In this document: positions 28,887 through 37,045 of the stretch, in pieces
Layout of the letters: each line of letters begins with the position of its first letter
Position numbering within the stretch: position 1 is the stretch's first letter
Source of the DNA: Clostridia bacterium
GTDB taxonomy: Bacteria > Bacillota > Clostridia > Oscillospirales > QAKW01
DNA: 64,000 nucleotides
Reading direction: 5' to 3'
NCBI GenBank assembly: GCA_017464525.1
Contig: JAFTZM010000041.1
Location: forward strand, 12,435-76,434
Made by a program: the position numbers and the translations under genes
The notes under the pieces: generated by a model
What the model was told of the DNA's origin: nothing
What the model saw: only the letters and a program-made list of their open reading frames with translations
Database searches by the model: none

Positions 28887-29654
28887 TCATTCCTCAGCAG
28901 GAATATACTCGTCGATGATCTTCTGAACCGTACCGTCTGCAATCAGCTCCTTCAGAGCGGTGTTGATCTGCTCCAGCAACTCGGGGTTATTCTTGCCTAC
29001 GGCAGCGGCATAATCCTCGATGATGTACTCAGTCTCCAGGATCTTCAGGCCCTCGTTCTGCTGAACAAAAACCTTAGCGGGCTCGTTATCGATAACCACG
29101 CAATCTACCTTACCGGACTGCAGAGCCATGATGGCATCGGCGCCCTTATTGTAACGCTCAACCGTACCTAAGCCCTCATCCTCAATATCCCAGGTGCAGT
29201 AGAGATCGCCGGTGGTGGCCAGCTGAACGCCGATCTTATGATTGGCGCCCTCTGCAAAAAGATCGTCTGCAGTGGCGATGGCAGAATCGTTCTTCACGAT
29301 GATGACCTGCTTGCCGGTGGCATAAGTATCGGTGAAATCCACCTGCTCCTTACGATCATCCGTAACGGTGAGGCCGGCCATCGCAAAATCATACTTGCCT
29401 TCCTGCACGCCGATGATGATGGAATCGAAGTCCACATTCTCAATCACCAGCTCCTTGCCCAGCTTCTTGGCGATCTCAGCAGCGATCTCGGCATCGATCC
29501 CGACGATCTTGCCGTCTTCCATGTACTCATAGGGCGGAAACTCTGCATTGGTAGCCATTACCAGCTTGGTATCGTCCTTCTTGCCGCAGCCTGCCAGGCA
29601 GGTAACAGCCAGCAGCAGAACGACCACCAGGCACAGAATTTTCTTCATGTTCAT
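28887..29654 (-). CDS. Amino-acid ABC transporter substrate-binding lipoprotein
   Basis: 255 aa. Lipobox LAGCG after the signal peptide, with an SBP_bac_3-like body (FPPYEY, GIDAEIAAEIAKKLG). Confidence 0.85.
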   Translation of the reverse strand: MNMKKILCLVVVLLLAVTCLAGCGKKDDTKLVMATNAEFPPYEYMEDGKIVGIDAEIAAEIAKKLGKELVIENVDFDSIIIGVQEGKYDFAMAGLTVTDDRKEQVDFTDTYATGKQVIIVKNDSAIATADDLFAEGANHKIGVQLATTGDLYCTWDIEDEGLGTVERYNKGADAIMALQSGKVDCVVIDNEPAKVFVQQNEGLKILETEYIIEDYAAAVGKNNPELLEQINTALKELIADGTVQKIIDEYIPAEE

Positions 29655-29698
29655 TGGTTTATTCCTCTTTTCTTATATTTTTGGGGTTTCTATCATGT

Positions 29699-29727
29699 AT
29701 TATAATGTATAATATTCGCATTGTCAA
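29699..29727 (-). promoter_or_regulatory. Consensus promoter of the amino-acid ABC operon
   Basis: On the minus strand: TTGACA (29727-29722), a 17-nt spacer, then TATAAT (29704-29699). Confidence 0.65.
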
Positions 29728-29768
29728 GTATTAAGACAAAATTTCATTTGAATAGTAATGAATATTAT

Positions 29769-30368
29769 TCATAAATATACAGAATTATATTCATCCTTCA
29801 GCCGTTGCTGCTCCTCGATGGACTGGGGAATAAAGGGCAGATTAAAGTAATCCAGGATCCCTTGGGCGATGGCCACCCCGATCTCATAGACATTTCGCAC
29901 GATAAAATCCGCATCCTGAGGATTGCCGTGGCACCCCACCTCCACAATGACCGCCGGCATCCGGGTGCGGCGGAGCTCATAAAAGCCCAAGCCTCCATAG
30001 ACGCTCTGCCCCTCGGAAATGCCCCGGTCCTGGGAAGGGGTCACCAGCGAAAGCCGGGCATAGATATCCTCGGCCAGCCGCTGGCTGTTGGTGCCGGGTT
30101 TGTAATAAAAGATCTTGCTTCCCTGCACCCCTGCATCGCAGTACACCGACCGGATAGCCACATATACATCGGAATTCTGGGCGTTGGCATCGCTGACCAC
30201 CGTTTGCAGATCATAGGCCGGGTTGTTGCGGGCGGTGGTCAGCCCGTTGCGCACCAGCTCCAGCTCCACCACATCGGCAATTAAATTCATCCGTTCCTCT
30301 TCGGTACCGAATGTGCCGTAGCCCCGGTTGAAATGGCGGGGCGAGGGCGATAAGTAAACTTCAGGCAT
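29769..30368 (-). CDS. N-acetylmuramoyl-L-alanine amidase-like (Amidase_3-type) cell-wall hydrolase
   Basis: I trimmed the start to MPEVYLSPSP (30368, SD GGAGGG). YLSPSPRHFNRGYG..GTEEERMN, VYVAIRS and AVIVEVGCHGNPQD resemble the MurNAc-LAA fold pattern. Confidence 0.6.
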   Translation of the reverse strand: MPEVYLSPSPRHFNRGYGTFGTEEERMNLIADVVELELVRNGLTTARNNPAYDLQTVVSDANAQNSDVYVAIRSVYCDAGVQGSKIFYYKPGTNSQRLAEDIYARLSLVTPSQDRGISEGQSVYGGLGFYELRRTRMPAVIVEVGCHGNPQDADFIVRNVYEIGVAIAQGILDYFNLPFIPQSIEEQQRLKDEYNSVYL

Positions 30369-30394
30369 ACAATCCCTCCTTCCCTCCATTATAT

Positions 30395-30429
30395 GCAAAA
30401 AGGAGAGGCCTAAACCTCTCCTTTTTGCA
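30395..30429. repeat. 35-bp hairpin, copy 1 of a direct duplication
   Basis: GCAAAAAGGAGAGGCCTAAACCTCTCCTTTTTGCA is identical to 30708-30742. Confidence 0.8.
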
Positions 30430-30431
30430 TA

Positions 30432-30661
30432 GACTGTCAAAAAAGGCACCGACCGCAGAAAAAGGAAATAACAAATTCAGCACCATCTTGGTCATAGTTT
30501 GTAGGGCAGGGGCTTGCTCCTGCCGTTCCCGGAATAAGGAAAAATCTCAACGCAGCGAGATTGATTTGAATTTTTTCTGCTTTCCGCCGATCCCACCGCT
30601 CGGCGTATCACATACGCCGTCGGGATGGGATCAGCGAAATCTGCGCTCTTTTTTGAAAGTC
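30432..30661 (+). mobile_element. MITE-like non-coding element, family 2, copy 1 (about 230 bp)
   Basis: The ends read GACTGTCAAAAAAGG ... CTCTTTTTTGAAAGTC, which are inverted repeats. It is homologous in inverted orientation to 41011-41226, with long identical blocks such as CCGACCGCAGAAAAA, ACAAATTCAGCACCATCTTGGTCATAG and TTTTTTCTGCTTTCCGCCG. Confidence 0.65.
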
Positions 30662-30664
30662 TCC

Positions 30665-30706
30665 CAGCGTGTCAAAAAATATAAAATGGAATCTTTTGAC
30701 ACGCTG
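30665..30706. repeat. Stand-alone hairpin whose arms resemble the family-2 TIR
   Basis: CAGCGTGTCAAAA-16 nt-TTTTGACACGCTG forms a 13-bp stem. The arms contain the GTCAAAAAA core of the family-2 termini. Confidence 0.5.
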
Positions 30707-30707
30707 C

Positions 30708-30742
30708 GCAAAAAGGAGAGGCCTAAACCTCTCCTTTTTGCA
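30708..30742. repeat. 35-bp hairpin, copy 2; overlaps the stop codon of the CapA-like gene and probably terminates it
   Basis: Identical to 30395-30429. On the minus strand it reads ...CTG CAA AAA GGA GAG GTT TAG within the hairpin. Confidence 0.8.
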
Positions 30743-31847
30743 GTTTTTCAATTTCGGGGATCCATTTTTCCGCTTCCTTTTCCCGTCCTTCAAAAAGGAT
30801 CTTCAGGGTATTGGTCAGCAGCTCGTTATGGGCCTCGCAGGAAAACGCATTTTTCATCCGGGCGTTAACGGTTCCGTCGATAACGTTTTTCAGGTACTTA
30901 TCCCGGCCGGCGATCATGCACCAGGCGTCAAAATAGGCCTGCAGCCCCGCCTCATCCCCGATGGGGGCGCTCAAGGCAGCAAGATAGCGGAGAAACCGCT
31001 CCTTTTCCTCCCCGCTCATGAGCTGATGATGGGTGAAATCGAAGGTATAAGGAAGGATCTCCAGCCGGTCACGGTCCAGATCCAAACAAACCATATAGCC
31101 TTGATACCAGGTGGAGTATTTTTCCCCTTCCGAAGGGAAGAAAAGGTTGCCCATGCTGTAAACAATGGGGCAGCCCTCATACCACTCATAGCCCTGAGGG
31201 CAATGGGTATGCATGGCAATGACCGCCCGAGCGCCCAGATCGATAAAATGGCGGTATAACGCCACCTTTCCCGGGGAGGGAAAGGGGTTATACTCATTCC
31301 CGCCGTGGAAATAGACGATGGGCAGCACCCCCGCTTCCTTTGCGGACAAAATGGCCTTGGTCAGCCGGGTGAGATGATAGCCGGCGGTACCGGCAGAATT
31401 CCTTCCGGCGCAGCCGAATTCATTTTCACAGACGGCGATCACCGCAACCCGCACTCCATCCTTTTCCAGAATGGCGGGGCGGTAGGCTTCCCCGGCATTT
31501 TTCCCCGCACCGATCACGGTGTACCCCTTCTTTTTCAGCAGAGCCGCCGTTTGGAGCAGGGCGCTTTCGCCGTAATCGCCCCCATGGTTATTGGCAAGGC
31601 CCACTACGGTAGGCTTCAAAGCATCCAGATAGGCGCAAAAGCCTTCATGGGAGATCAGATTGGGGCCGCTTTTTTCGATGGGGGTATGGTCGGCGGGATC
31701 TCCGAAGATATTTTCCAGATTGATGACGCTGAAATCCGCCCGCTTGAAATAAGCGGCAGTCTCCCTCATCACGCCGGCCGCCTCCGCCGCAGAGGGCAGG
31801 TTGGGAACATAATTAAAGGACATATCGGCAGCAAAAAGAATTTTCAT
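30723..31847 (-). CDS. CapA/PGA_cap-family metallophosphoesterase-like protein
   Basis: 374 aa. MKILFAADMSFNY, VINLENIF, GLANNHGGDYG and YFHGGNEY. Confidence 0.75.
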   Translation of the reverse strand: MKILFAADMSFNYVPNLPSAAEAAGVMRETAAYFKRADFSVINLENIFGDPADHTPIEKSGPNLISHEGFCAYLDALKPTVVGLANNHGGDYGESALLQTAALLKKKGYTVIGAGKNAGEAYRPAILEKDGVRVAVIAVCENEFGCAGRNSAGTAGYHLTRLTKAILSAKEAGVLPIVYFHGGNEYNPFPSPGKVALYRHFIDLGARAVIAMHTHCPQGYEWYEGCPIVYSMGNLFFPSEGEKYSTWYQGYMVCLDLDRDRLEILPYTFDFTHHQLMSGEEKERFLRYLAALSAPIGDEAGLQAYFDAWCMIAGRDKYLKNVIDGTVNARMKNAFSCEAHNELLTNTLKILFEGREKEAEKWIPEIEKLQKGEV

Positions 31848-33446
31848 TTAATCCTCCCATTTATCAGCCAGCTGATGGACCTGATCGGCAAATTTCGCCA
31901 GATCCTTATTGCTCCGGCCCCGACTGCGCTCGATAATAGCCAGCAGCCGCTTGCCGGCATTGAGCAACCGTTCAAATACCGTATCGTTCCGCTGCTTTTT
32001 GGCGGATCTCCGCTCCAGCCGCACCCGATTGCCCGGCTCCAGCAGCGTGCCGGTCTGCACATCGTACACCGCGCCGTTATAGGGGGCGGTGGCTTCAAAG
32101 CCCAGCCGTTCCCGGATGGTGGCGGCAAATTCATCGCAGACTGTATCATTCCCGTGGTTCACATAGACCCTCGGCTTGCTTTGCAGCGCCCCCAGCCAAT
32201 CCAGCAGGATCTTCTGATCCGCATGGCCGCTGATGCCGTCCATGGTGGCGATGCGTGCCTTGACCTGCACCGTTTCCCCGAAAAGCTTGACAGCCTCGGC
32301 ACCGTCCTGCAGCAGCCGGCCGACAGTCCCCTCCGCCTGATAGCCCACAAACAGCACCGTGCTGTCGGCCCGCCAGAGGTTATGCTTCAGATGATGGCGG
32401 ATCCGCCCCGCCTCGCACATTCCGCTGGCAGAAAGGATGACCTTTGGGCGCTTGTTCTCGTTGATGGCCATGGACTCCTGGGAGGTCACCGCGATCTGCA
32501 GCCCCGGAAATTCCAGCACATTGATCCCCCGGCCCACCAGTTCCAGCATCTCCTCATCGTAATAATCGGTGAGATCACTGTAATAGATCTTGGTTGCCTC
32601 GGCAGCCAGCGGGCTGTCCACAAAGACCAAAAAGCCATCGTGCCCCTGCACCAACTTTTTTTCCTTGATCTCCCGCAGCAGATAAAGAAATTCCTGCGTT
32701 CTGCCCACCGCAAAGGAGGGGATCACCACATTCCCACCCCGGTCAAAGGTATCCTGCAGTACCTCCACCAGCTGGGCGGTATAATCCCGCCGGGGGCCGT
32801 GGAGACGGTTGCCGTAGGTGGATTCAATGACCACCGTATCAGCGTATACAGGCTTTTGCGGATCCCGGATCAGCGGCCGATCCACATTGCCCAGATCCCC
32901 GGAAAAGAGCAAAACATGGCGTTTGCCCTCTTCGGTAACGGTGATCTCAATGCTGGCGGAGCCCATCAGATGCCCCGCATCCAGAAACCGCAGGGTGATC
33001 CCTTCGGCAATATAATATTCCTGCTGATAATTGCAGGGCACAAACAGCTCCATGGTATGCAGCGCATCCTGCACCGTATACAGAGGGATATAGGCCGCCT
33101 CGCCGGAGCGCTGAGCCTTCCGGTTGCGCCAGAGGGCCTCCTGCTCCTGGATATGGGCAGAATCCTGCAGCATGATGCCGCAGAGCTTCACCGTAGCACC
33201 GGTGGCATAAATCGCCCCCCGGAATCCTTGGGCCGCCAGCAGGGGCAGCTTGCCGGAATGATCGATATGGGCATGGGTCAGCAGCACCAGATCTACCTCG
33301 GCGGGGCTGATGGGCATGGCGCAGTTTTCATAGATATCGGCGCCCTGCTCCATCCCGCAATCGATCAGGATCCGCTTGCCGGCCGCCTCCAGCAGGGTGC
33401 AGGAGCCGGTGACCTCATGGGCAGCGCCTAAAAATTTCAGTTTCAT
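31848..33446 (-). CDS. MBL-fold beta-CASP ribonuclease-like hydrolase (CPSF73-like)
   Basis: 532 aa. GSCTLLEAAGKRILIDCG, LLTHAHIDHSGKLP, and beta-CASP and RNA-specificity-domain-like C-terminal motifs (SGHAD). Confidence 0.8.
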   Translation of the reverse strand: MKLKFLGAAHEVTGSCTLLEAAGKRILIDCGMEQGADIYENCAMPISPAEVDLVLLTHAHIDHSGKLPLLAAQGFRGAIYATGATVKLCGIMLQDSAHIQEQEALWRNRKAQRSGEAAYIPLYTVQDALHTMELFVPCNYQQEYYIAEGITLRFLDAGHLMGSASIEITVTEEGKRHVLLFSGDLGNVDRPLIRDPQKPVYADTVVIESTYGNRLHGPRRDYTAQLVEVLQDTFDRGGNVVIPSFAVGRTQEFLYLLREIKEKKLVQGHDGFLVFVDSPLAAEATKIYYSDLTDYYDEEMLELVGRGINVLEFPGLQIAVTSQESMAINENKRPKVILSASGMCEAGRIRHHLKHNLWRADSTVLFVGYQAEGTVGRLLQDGAEAVKLFGETVQVKARIATMDGISGHADQKILLDWLGALQSKPRVYVNHGNDTVCDEFAATIRERLGFEATAPYNGAVYDVQTGTLLEPGNRVRLERRSAKKQRNDTVFERLLNAGKRLLAIIERSRGRSNKDLAKFADQVHQLADKWED

Positions 33447-33455
33447 CTTCTTACC

Positions 33456-34019
33456 TCATTCCATAAACCATACATCCGCATTGGTGGAGGAGATGGCCAC
33501 CGCACCGGCGGATAGGGCATTCATCACATCCTCCTTATCCCGGATCATCCCCCCGGCGATAATGGGGCGGCCGGTGGTCTCGGCCAGATAACGGATGATC
33601 TTGGGCATCACCCCGGGAAGCACCTCAAAAAAATCGGCAGGGGAGGAATTCCTGGCCATATTCTCCAGCACCCGGGAATCCAGCAGAAAATACCGCTGGA
33701 TGGTCAGCAGCCCCTTTTGATGGGCATAGCGGATGAGGGAGTTCTTGGTGGAGATGACCCCATCGGCCTTGGTCTGCTCCGCAATGAAATCCACACTCAC
33801 ATCCTTGGGCGCCAGGCCGTCGATGAGATCCAGATGCACAATGGCGATCTTCTCCGCCGCCTTGACCTTTTCCACCATCGAAGCCACGGTACAGATATCC
33901 CCGAAAAGCAGAAAGATCACCCGGCTTTTACTTTTCAGGCAGCGATCCAGTTCCTCTTCGCTTTTGGCCGCCGCCACAATGGGCACCTCATCGAAGCAAT
34001 CCAGCAGTAGTTGTTTCAT
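33456..34019 (-). CDS. glpP: Glycerol-3-phosphate-responsive antiterminator GlpP
   Basis: 187 aa. It aligns by eye along its full length with B. subtilis GlpP (IQRYFLLDS...DFFEVLPGVMPKII...GRPIIAGGMIRDKEDV...AGAVAISSTN). Confidence 0.85.
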   Translation of the reverse strand: MKQLLLDCFDEVPIVAAAKSEEELDRCLKSKSRVIFLLFGDICTVASMVEKVKAAEKIAIVHLDLIDGLAPKDVSVDFIAEQTKADGVISTKNSLIRYAHQKGLLTIQRYFLLDSRVLENMARNSSPADFFEVLPGVMPKIIRYLAETTGRPIIAGGMIRDKEDVMNALSAGAVAISSTNADVWFME

Positions 34020-35523
34020 GTTTTTTCACTTCCTTTGAATCCTTTGATTTCATTATACTGTTTTTTTCAGGAAGTGTCAACCAATAGAAAAGGAGATAAA
34101 CAGCGCACCAGAAGGCGGTGCCGAGGATCATCCTCCAGATGCTCCCCCGCAACGGCAGCAACGCCCATACAGCGGTGGCCAGCCCCACCGCCGCCAGCGG
34201 CCGGAGCAGCCAATCCTTCCATTGAAAGCTCAGGCGACAGGCCCGGAGCAGCGTGCCCATATTCAGAGAGGCCACTAAGATATTGCTGAACACCATCACC
34301 CCCAAAAAGCCCCGGATGCCGAAGAGCGGCACCGCAAAGGTGATCAGCAGGATCCGGAGGGTGGAATCGATGGTATTATTACGCAGGGCCTTGCTCTGGC
34401 GGTCCAAACCCTTGAGCAGACCGTCTGCAATGGTATCCATATACATAAAGGGGGTAATGGGGGCCAGCACCCGCAGCATCATGCTGACGGTATCGCTCCG
34501 GAAGAGCACCTGCCCCAGCAGATCGCCGTAAAGAAAGAACACCCCGCCGATCATCACCGAAAGGGCCAGGGTGATCCCCAGCGCCCGCCCCACAATGGAG
34601 CGGGTGGAACGCCAATCCTCCCGAGCGGAGGTATCGGTCACCTCCGGCACCAAAAGGGAAGATAAAGCGGTCAAAAAGGAGGCGGGGAAAAAGAGCAGCG
34701 GGATGGCCATTCCCTTCAGGGCGCCAAACTGGGCCAGCCCTATGGAATAATCCCCCGTGTAACGGGCGATGGCCATGGGGATCAGCATATTTTCGGTGGT
34801 ATGGAGCGCGGTAGAAAGGTAGCGGGAGGCTGCCACCGGCAGAGCGATCCGTCGAATACTGCCCCGCTCTGCCTTCTCCGGCGGGACGGTCAGGGGCTTT
34901 TTACGGCTGACCGCCGCCAGAAACAGGCAGGAGACCCCCTCGGAAACGGTATTGGCCAGCACCACCATCCCCAGCAGCATCGAAAAGCCCTGATCTCGGA
35001 AAAGCAGTACCGCCGCCGTGACAATGGCCATCCGCACCGCCTGCTCCAGTAATTGGGAAAGGCAGCCCGGCTTTACCTCCCGGCGGCTGACAAAATAGCC
35101 GTTATAGCAGCCGGAGACCGCCATAAAGGGCAGGGAAAAGGCCAGCATCCGCAAAGCAAAGGCGCAGCCGGGGTTCCCGATCCACCGGGCGGCCAGAAAC
35201 TCGCTGCCGCAGAACAGCACCAGGCAGGCGCCGCCCCCCAAGATCGCCGACCATTTCAGGCAGCCCCGCAGGGCACCCTTGGCTTTCCCCGGCTGCTTTA
35301 AGGCCAGATATTGCGCCACCAGCCGGGTCACCGCCGCGGCGATCCCCGATTGGGCCAAGGTAATAAACAGGTTATAAACGGTGAAGGTCAGGGAATAAAG
35401 ACCCATCCCCTCTTCCCCCAGCACATTGGCCAGCAGCACCCGCAGCAAAAGCCCCGCCGCCCGCAATACCAGCCCGGTACCGGTCATCAATACTGCATTT
35501 TGAAAAAATTTACGATTATTCAT
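33988..35523 (-). CDS. SpoVB-like MOP/MurJ-superfamily flippase
   Basis: Start at MNNRKFF (35523). 511 aa, about 14 TM. The N-terminal LRAAGLLLRVLLANVLGEEGMGLYSL pattern matches SpoVB-type polysaccharide or lipid II flippases. Confidence 0.75.
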   Translation of the reverse strand: MNNRKFFQNAVLMTGTGLVLRAAGLLLRVLLANVLGEEGMGLYSLTFTVYNLFITLAQSGIAAAVTRLVAQYLALKQPGKAKGALRGCLKWSAILGGGACLVLFCGSEFLAARWIGNPGCAFALRMLAFSLPFMAVSGCYNGYFVSRREVKPGCLSQLLEQAVRMAIVTAAVLLFRDQGFSMLLGMVVLANTVSEGVSCLFLAAVSRKKPLTVPPEKAERGSIRRIALPVAASRYLSTALHTTENMLIPMAIARYTGDYSIGLAQFGALKGMAIPLLFFPASFLTALSSLLVPEVTDTSAREDWRSTRSIVGRALGITLALSVMIGGVFFLYGDLLGQVLFRSDTVSMMLRVLAPITPFMYMDTIADGLLKGLDRQSKALRNNTIDSTLRILLITFAVPLFGIRGFLGVMVFSNILVASLNMGTLLRACRLSFQWKDWLLRPLAAVGLATAVWALLPLRGSIWRMILGTAFWCAVYLLFYWLTLPEKNSIMKSKDSKEVKKHETTTAGLLR

Positions 35524-35559
35524 GTATTCACCCCGTATATTTTTATGCAATACTCTCCC

Positions 35560-35588
35560 TTGCAATGCGGGAAGTAATGTGATATAAT
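35560..35588 (+). promoter_or_regulatory. Promoter of the metF-metH operon
   Basis: TTGCAA (35560-35565), a 17-nt spacer, then TATAAT (35583-35588). Confidence 0.6.
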
Positions 35589-35621
35589 AAATTCAACATT
35601 TTAAAGCAAAGAAGTGATAAA

Positions 35622-36482
35622 GTGAAAATTTCTGAAATCATCAACGGCGAAAAGCCCAGTCTTTCCTTTGAGGTATTCCCGCCCAAGACCGATGCCGCCT
35701 ACCGGGATGTGGCGGCGGCAGCCCATGCCATCGCCGCCCTTTCCCCCAGCTATATCAGCGTAACCTACGGAGCAGGCGGCGGTACCTCCCGGTACACCTT
35801 TGATATTGCCAAGAGCCTTTTGGACGGCGGCACCACCCCTCTGGTGCATCTCAGCTGCATCCACGCCTCCAAAGAGACCATCCGGGAGCAGCTGACCGCC
35901 CTCAAAGAGATGGGGATCGAAAATATCCTGGCCCTGCGGGGGGATCTGCCGGCGGGCATGAGTGCCGAAAACCTCTCCTACCGCTATGCCAGCGATCTGA
36001 CCCGGGAGATCCGAGACTTCGGCGGCTTCTGCATCGGCGGAGCCTGCTACCCGGAGGGGCACCCGGAAAGTGCCAACGGCATTGCCGATATCGAAAGCCT
36101 GAAGGTCAAGGTGGAAAGCGGCTGTGAGTTTTTGACCACCCAGATGTTTTTCGATAATAATATTCTTTATAATTTTATCTACAGAATGTATAAAGCCGGG
36201 GTGGATGTACCGGTGGTTGCCGGGATCATGCCGGTGACCAATCCGGCGCAGGTCAAGCGGATCTGCTCCATCTCCGGGAATACCCTGCCCCAGCGCTTTA
36301 TCCGCATTGTGGATCGTTACGGGGATGATCCTGCCGCCATGAAGCAGGCCGGCATCGCCTATGCCACCGAGCAGATCATCGATCTCTATGCCAATGGCAT
36401 CAATGCGGTGCACGTCTACTCCATGAACAAACCGGATGTGGCAGAAGCCATCCGGCGCAACCTTTCGGAGATCCTCAAATGA
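35622..36482 (+). CDS. metF: 5,10-methylenetetrahydrofolate reductase
   Basis: 286 aa with a GTG start. SFEVFPPKT, ISVTYGAGG, ALRGD and the overall MTHFR pattern. Confidence 0.9.
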   Translation: MKISEIINGEKPSLSFEVFPPKTDAAYRDVAAAAHAIAALSPSYISVTYGAGGGTSRYTFDIAKSLLDGGTTPLVHLSCIHASKETIREQLTALKEMGIENILALRGDLPAGMSAENLSYRYASDLTREIRDFGGFCIGGACYPEGHPESANGIADIESLKVKVESGCEFLTTQMFFDNNILYNFIYRMYKAGVDVPVVAGIMPVTNPAQVKRICSISGNTLPQRFIRIVDRYGDDPAAMKQAGIAYATEQIIDLYANGINAVHVYSMNKPDVAEAIRRNLSEILK

Positions 36483-37045
36483 TGGGGGAGCTCCCCACCG
36501 CTGCCCTGCAGGCAAACCCCCGGGAGCTGGCCGCCCGGCTGCAAAGCCGCCTGCCGGTGGAAGGCACCGAGGAATGCTTGGAGGAGCTGCGGAAGGTCGT
36601 TTCCTGCCGCTACAGTTTTTTGCGGATGCCGATCCTTCGCCCGGCAGAAAATACCCTGGATCTGGGCTTCGGTTCGTTTGAAAGCAAAAATCTTACCAAA
36701 AACCTGACCGGCTGCGAAGAGGCCTTCCTCTTTGCCGTCACCTTAGGGGTCGGCGTAGATCGGCTGCTGACCCGCCTTTCTGCCCTCTCTCCGGCCCGGC
36801 ATTTTATTACTGATGCCCTGGCATCTGCCTTGGCCGAGGCCGCCTGCGAGGAAGCAGAGCAGCGCATCAAGGGGGAACTCTGCTGCGCTCCCCGTTTCAG
36901 CCCCGGCTACGGAGATGTCTCTCTGGAGCTGCAAGCCCCCCTTCTGAATCTGCTGCAGGGGCAAAAGCTGGGCATTACTTTAAATCAAAATCTGCTGATG
37001 GTCCCCACCAAGTCCATCACCGCTATCATGGGAATTAAACAATGA
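36479..37045 (+). CDS. Stand-alone methionine synthase activation (AdoMet-binding) domain protein
   Basis: 188 aa. RFSPGYGDVSLELQAPLLNLL...ITLNQNLLMVPTKSITAIMG matches the MetH reactivation module. It overlaps both neighbouring genes by 4 nt. Confidence 0.75.
   Translation: MMGELPTAALQANPRELAARLQSRLPVEGTEECLEELRKVVSCRYSFLRMPILRPAENTLDLGFGSFESKNLTKNLTGCEEAFLFAVTLGVGVDRLLTRLSALSPARHFITDALASALAEAACEEAEQRIKGELCCAPRFSPGYGDVSLELQAPLLNLLQGQKLGITLNQNLLMVPTKSITAIMGIKQ

Noticed and set aside
35524-35621. Looked for a SAM or cobalamin riboswitch ahead of metF-metH.
   Set aside because: Only about 35 nt lie between the -10 element and the start codon, which is too short. No SAM-I or B12-box motifs are seen.
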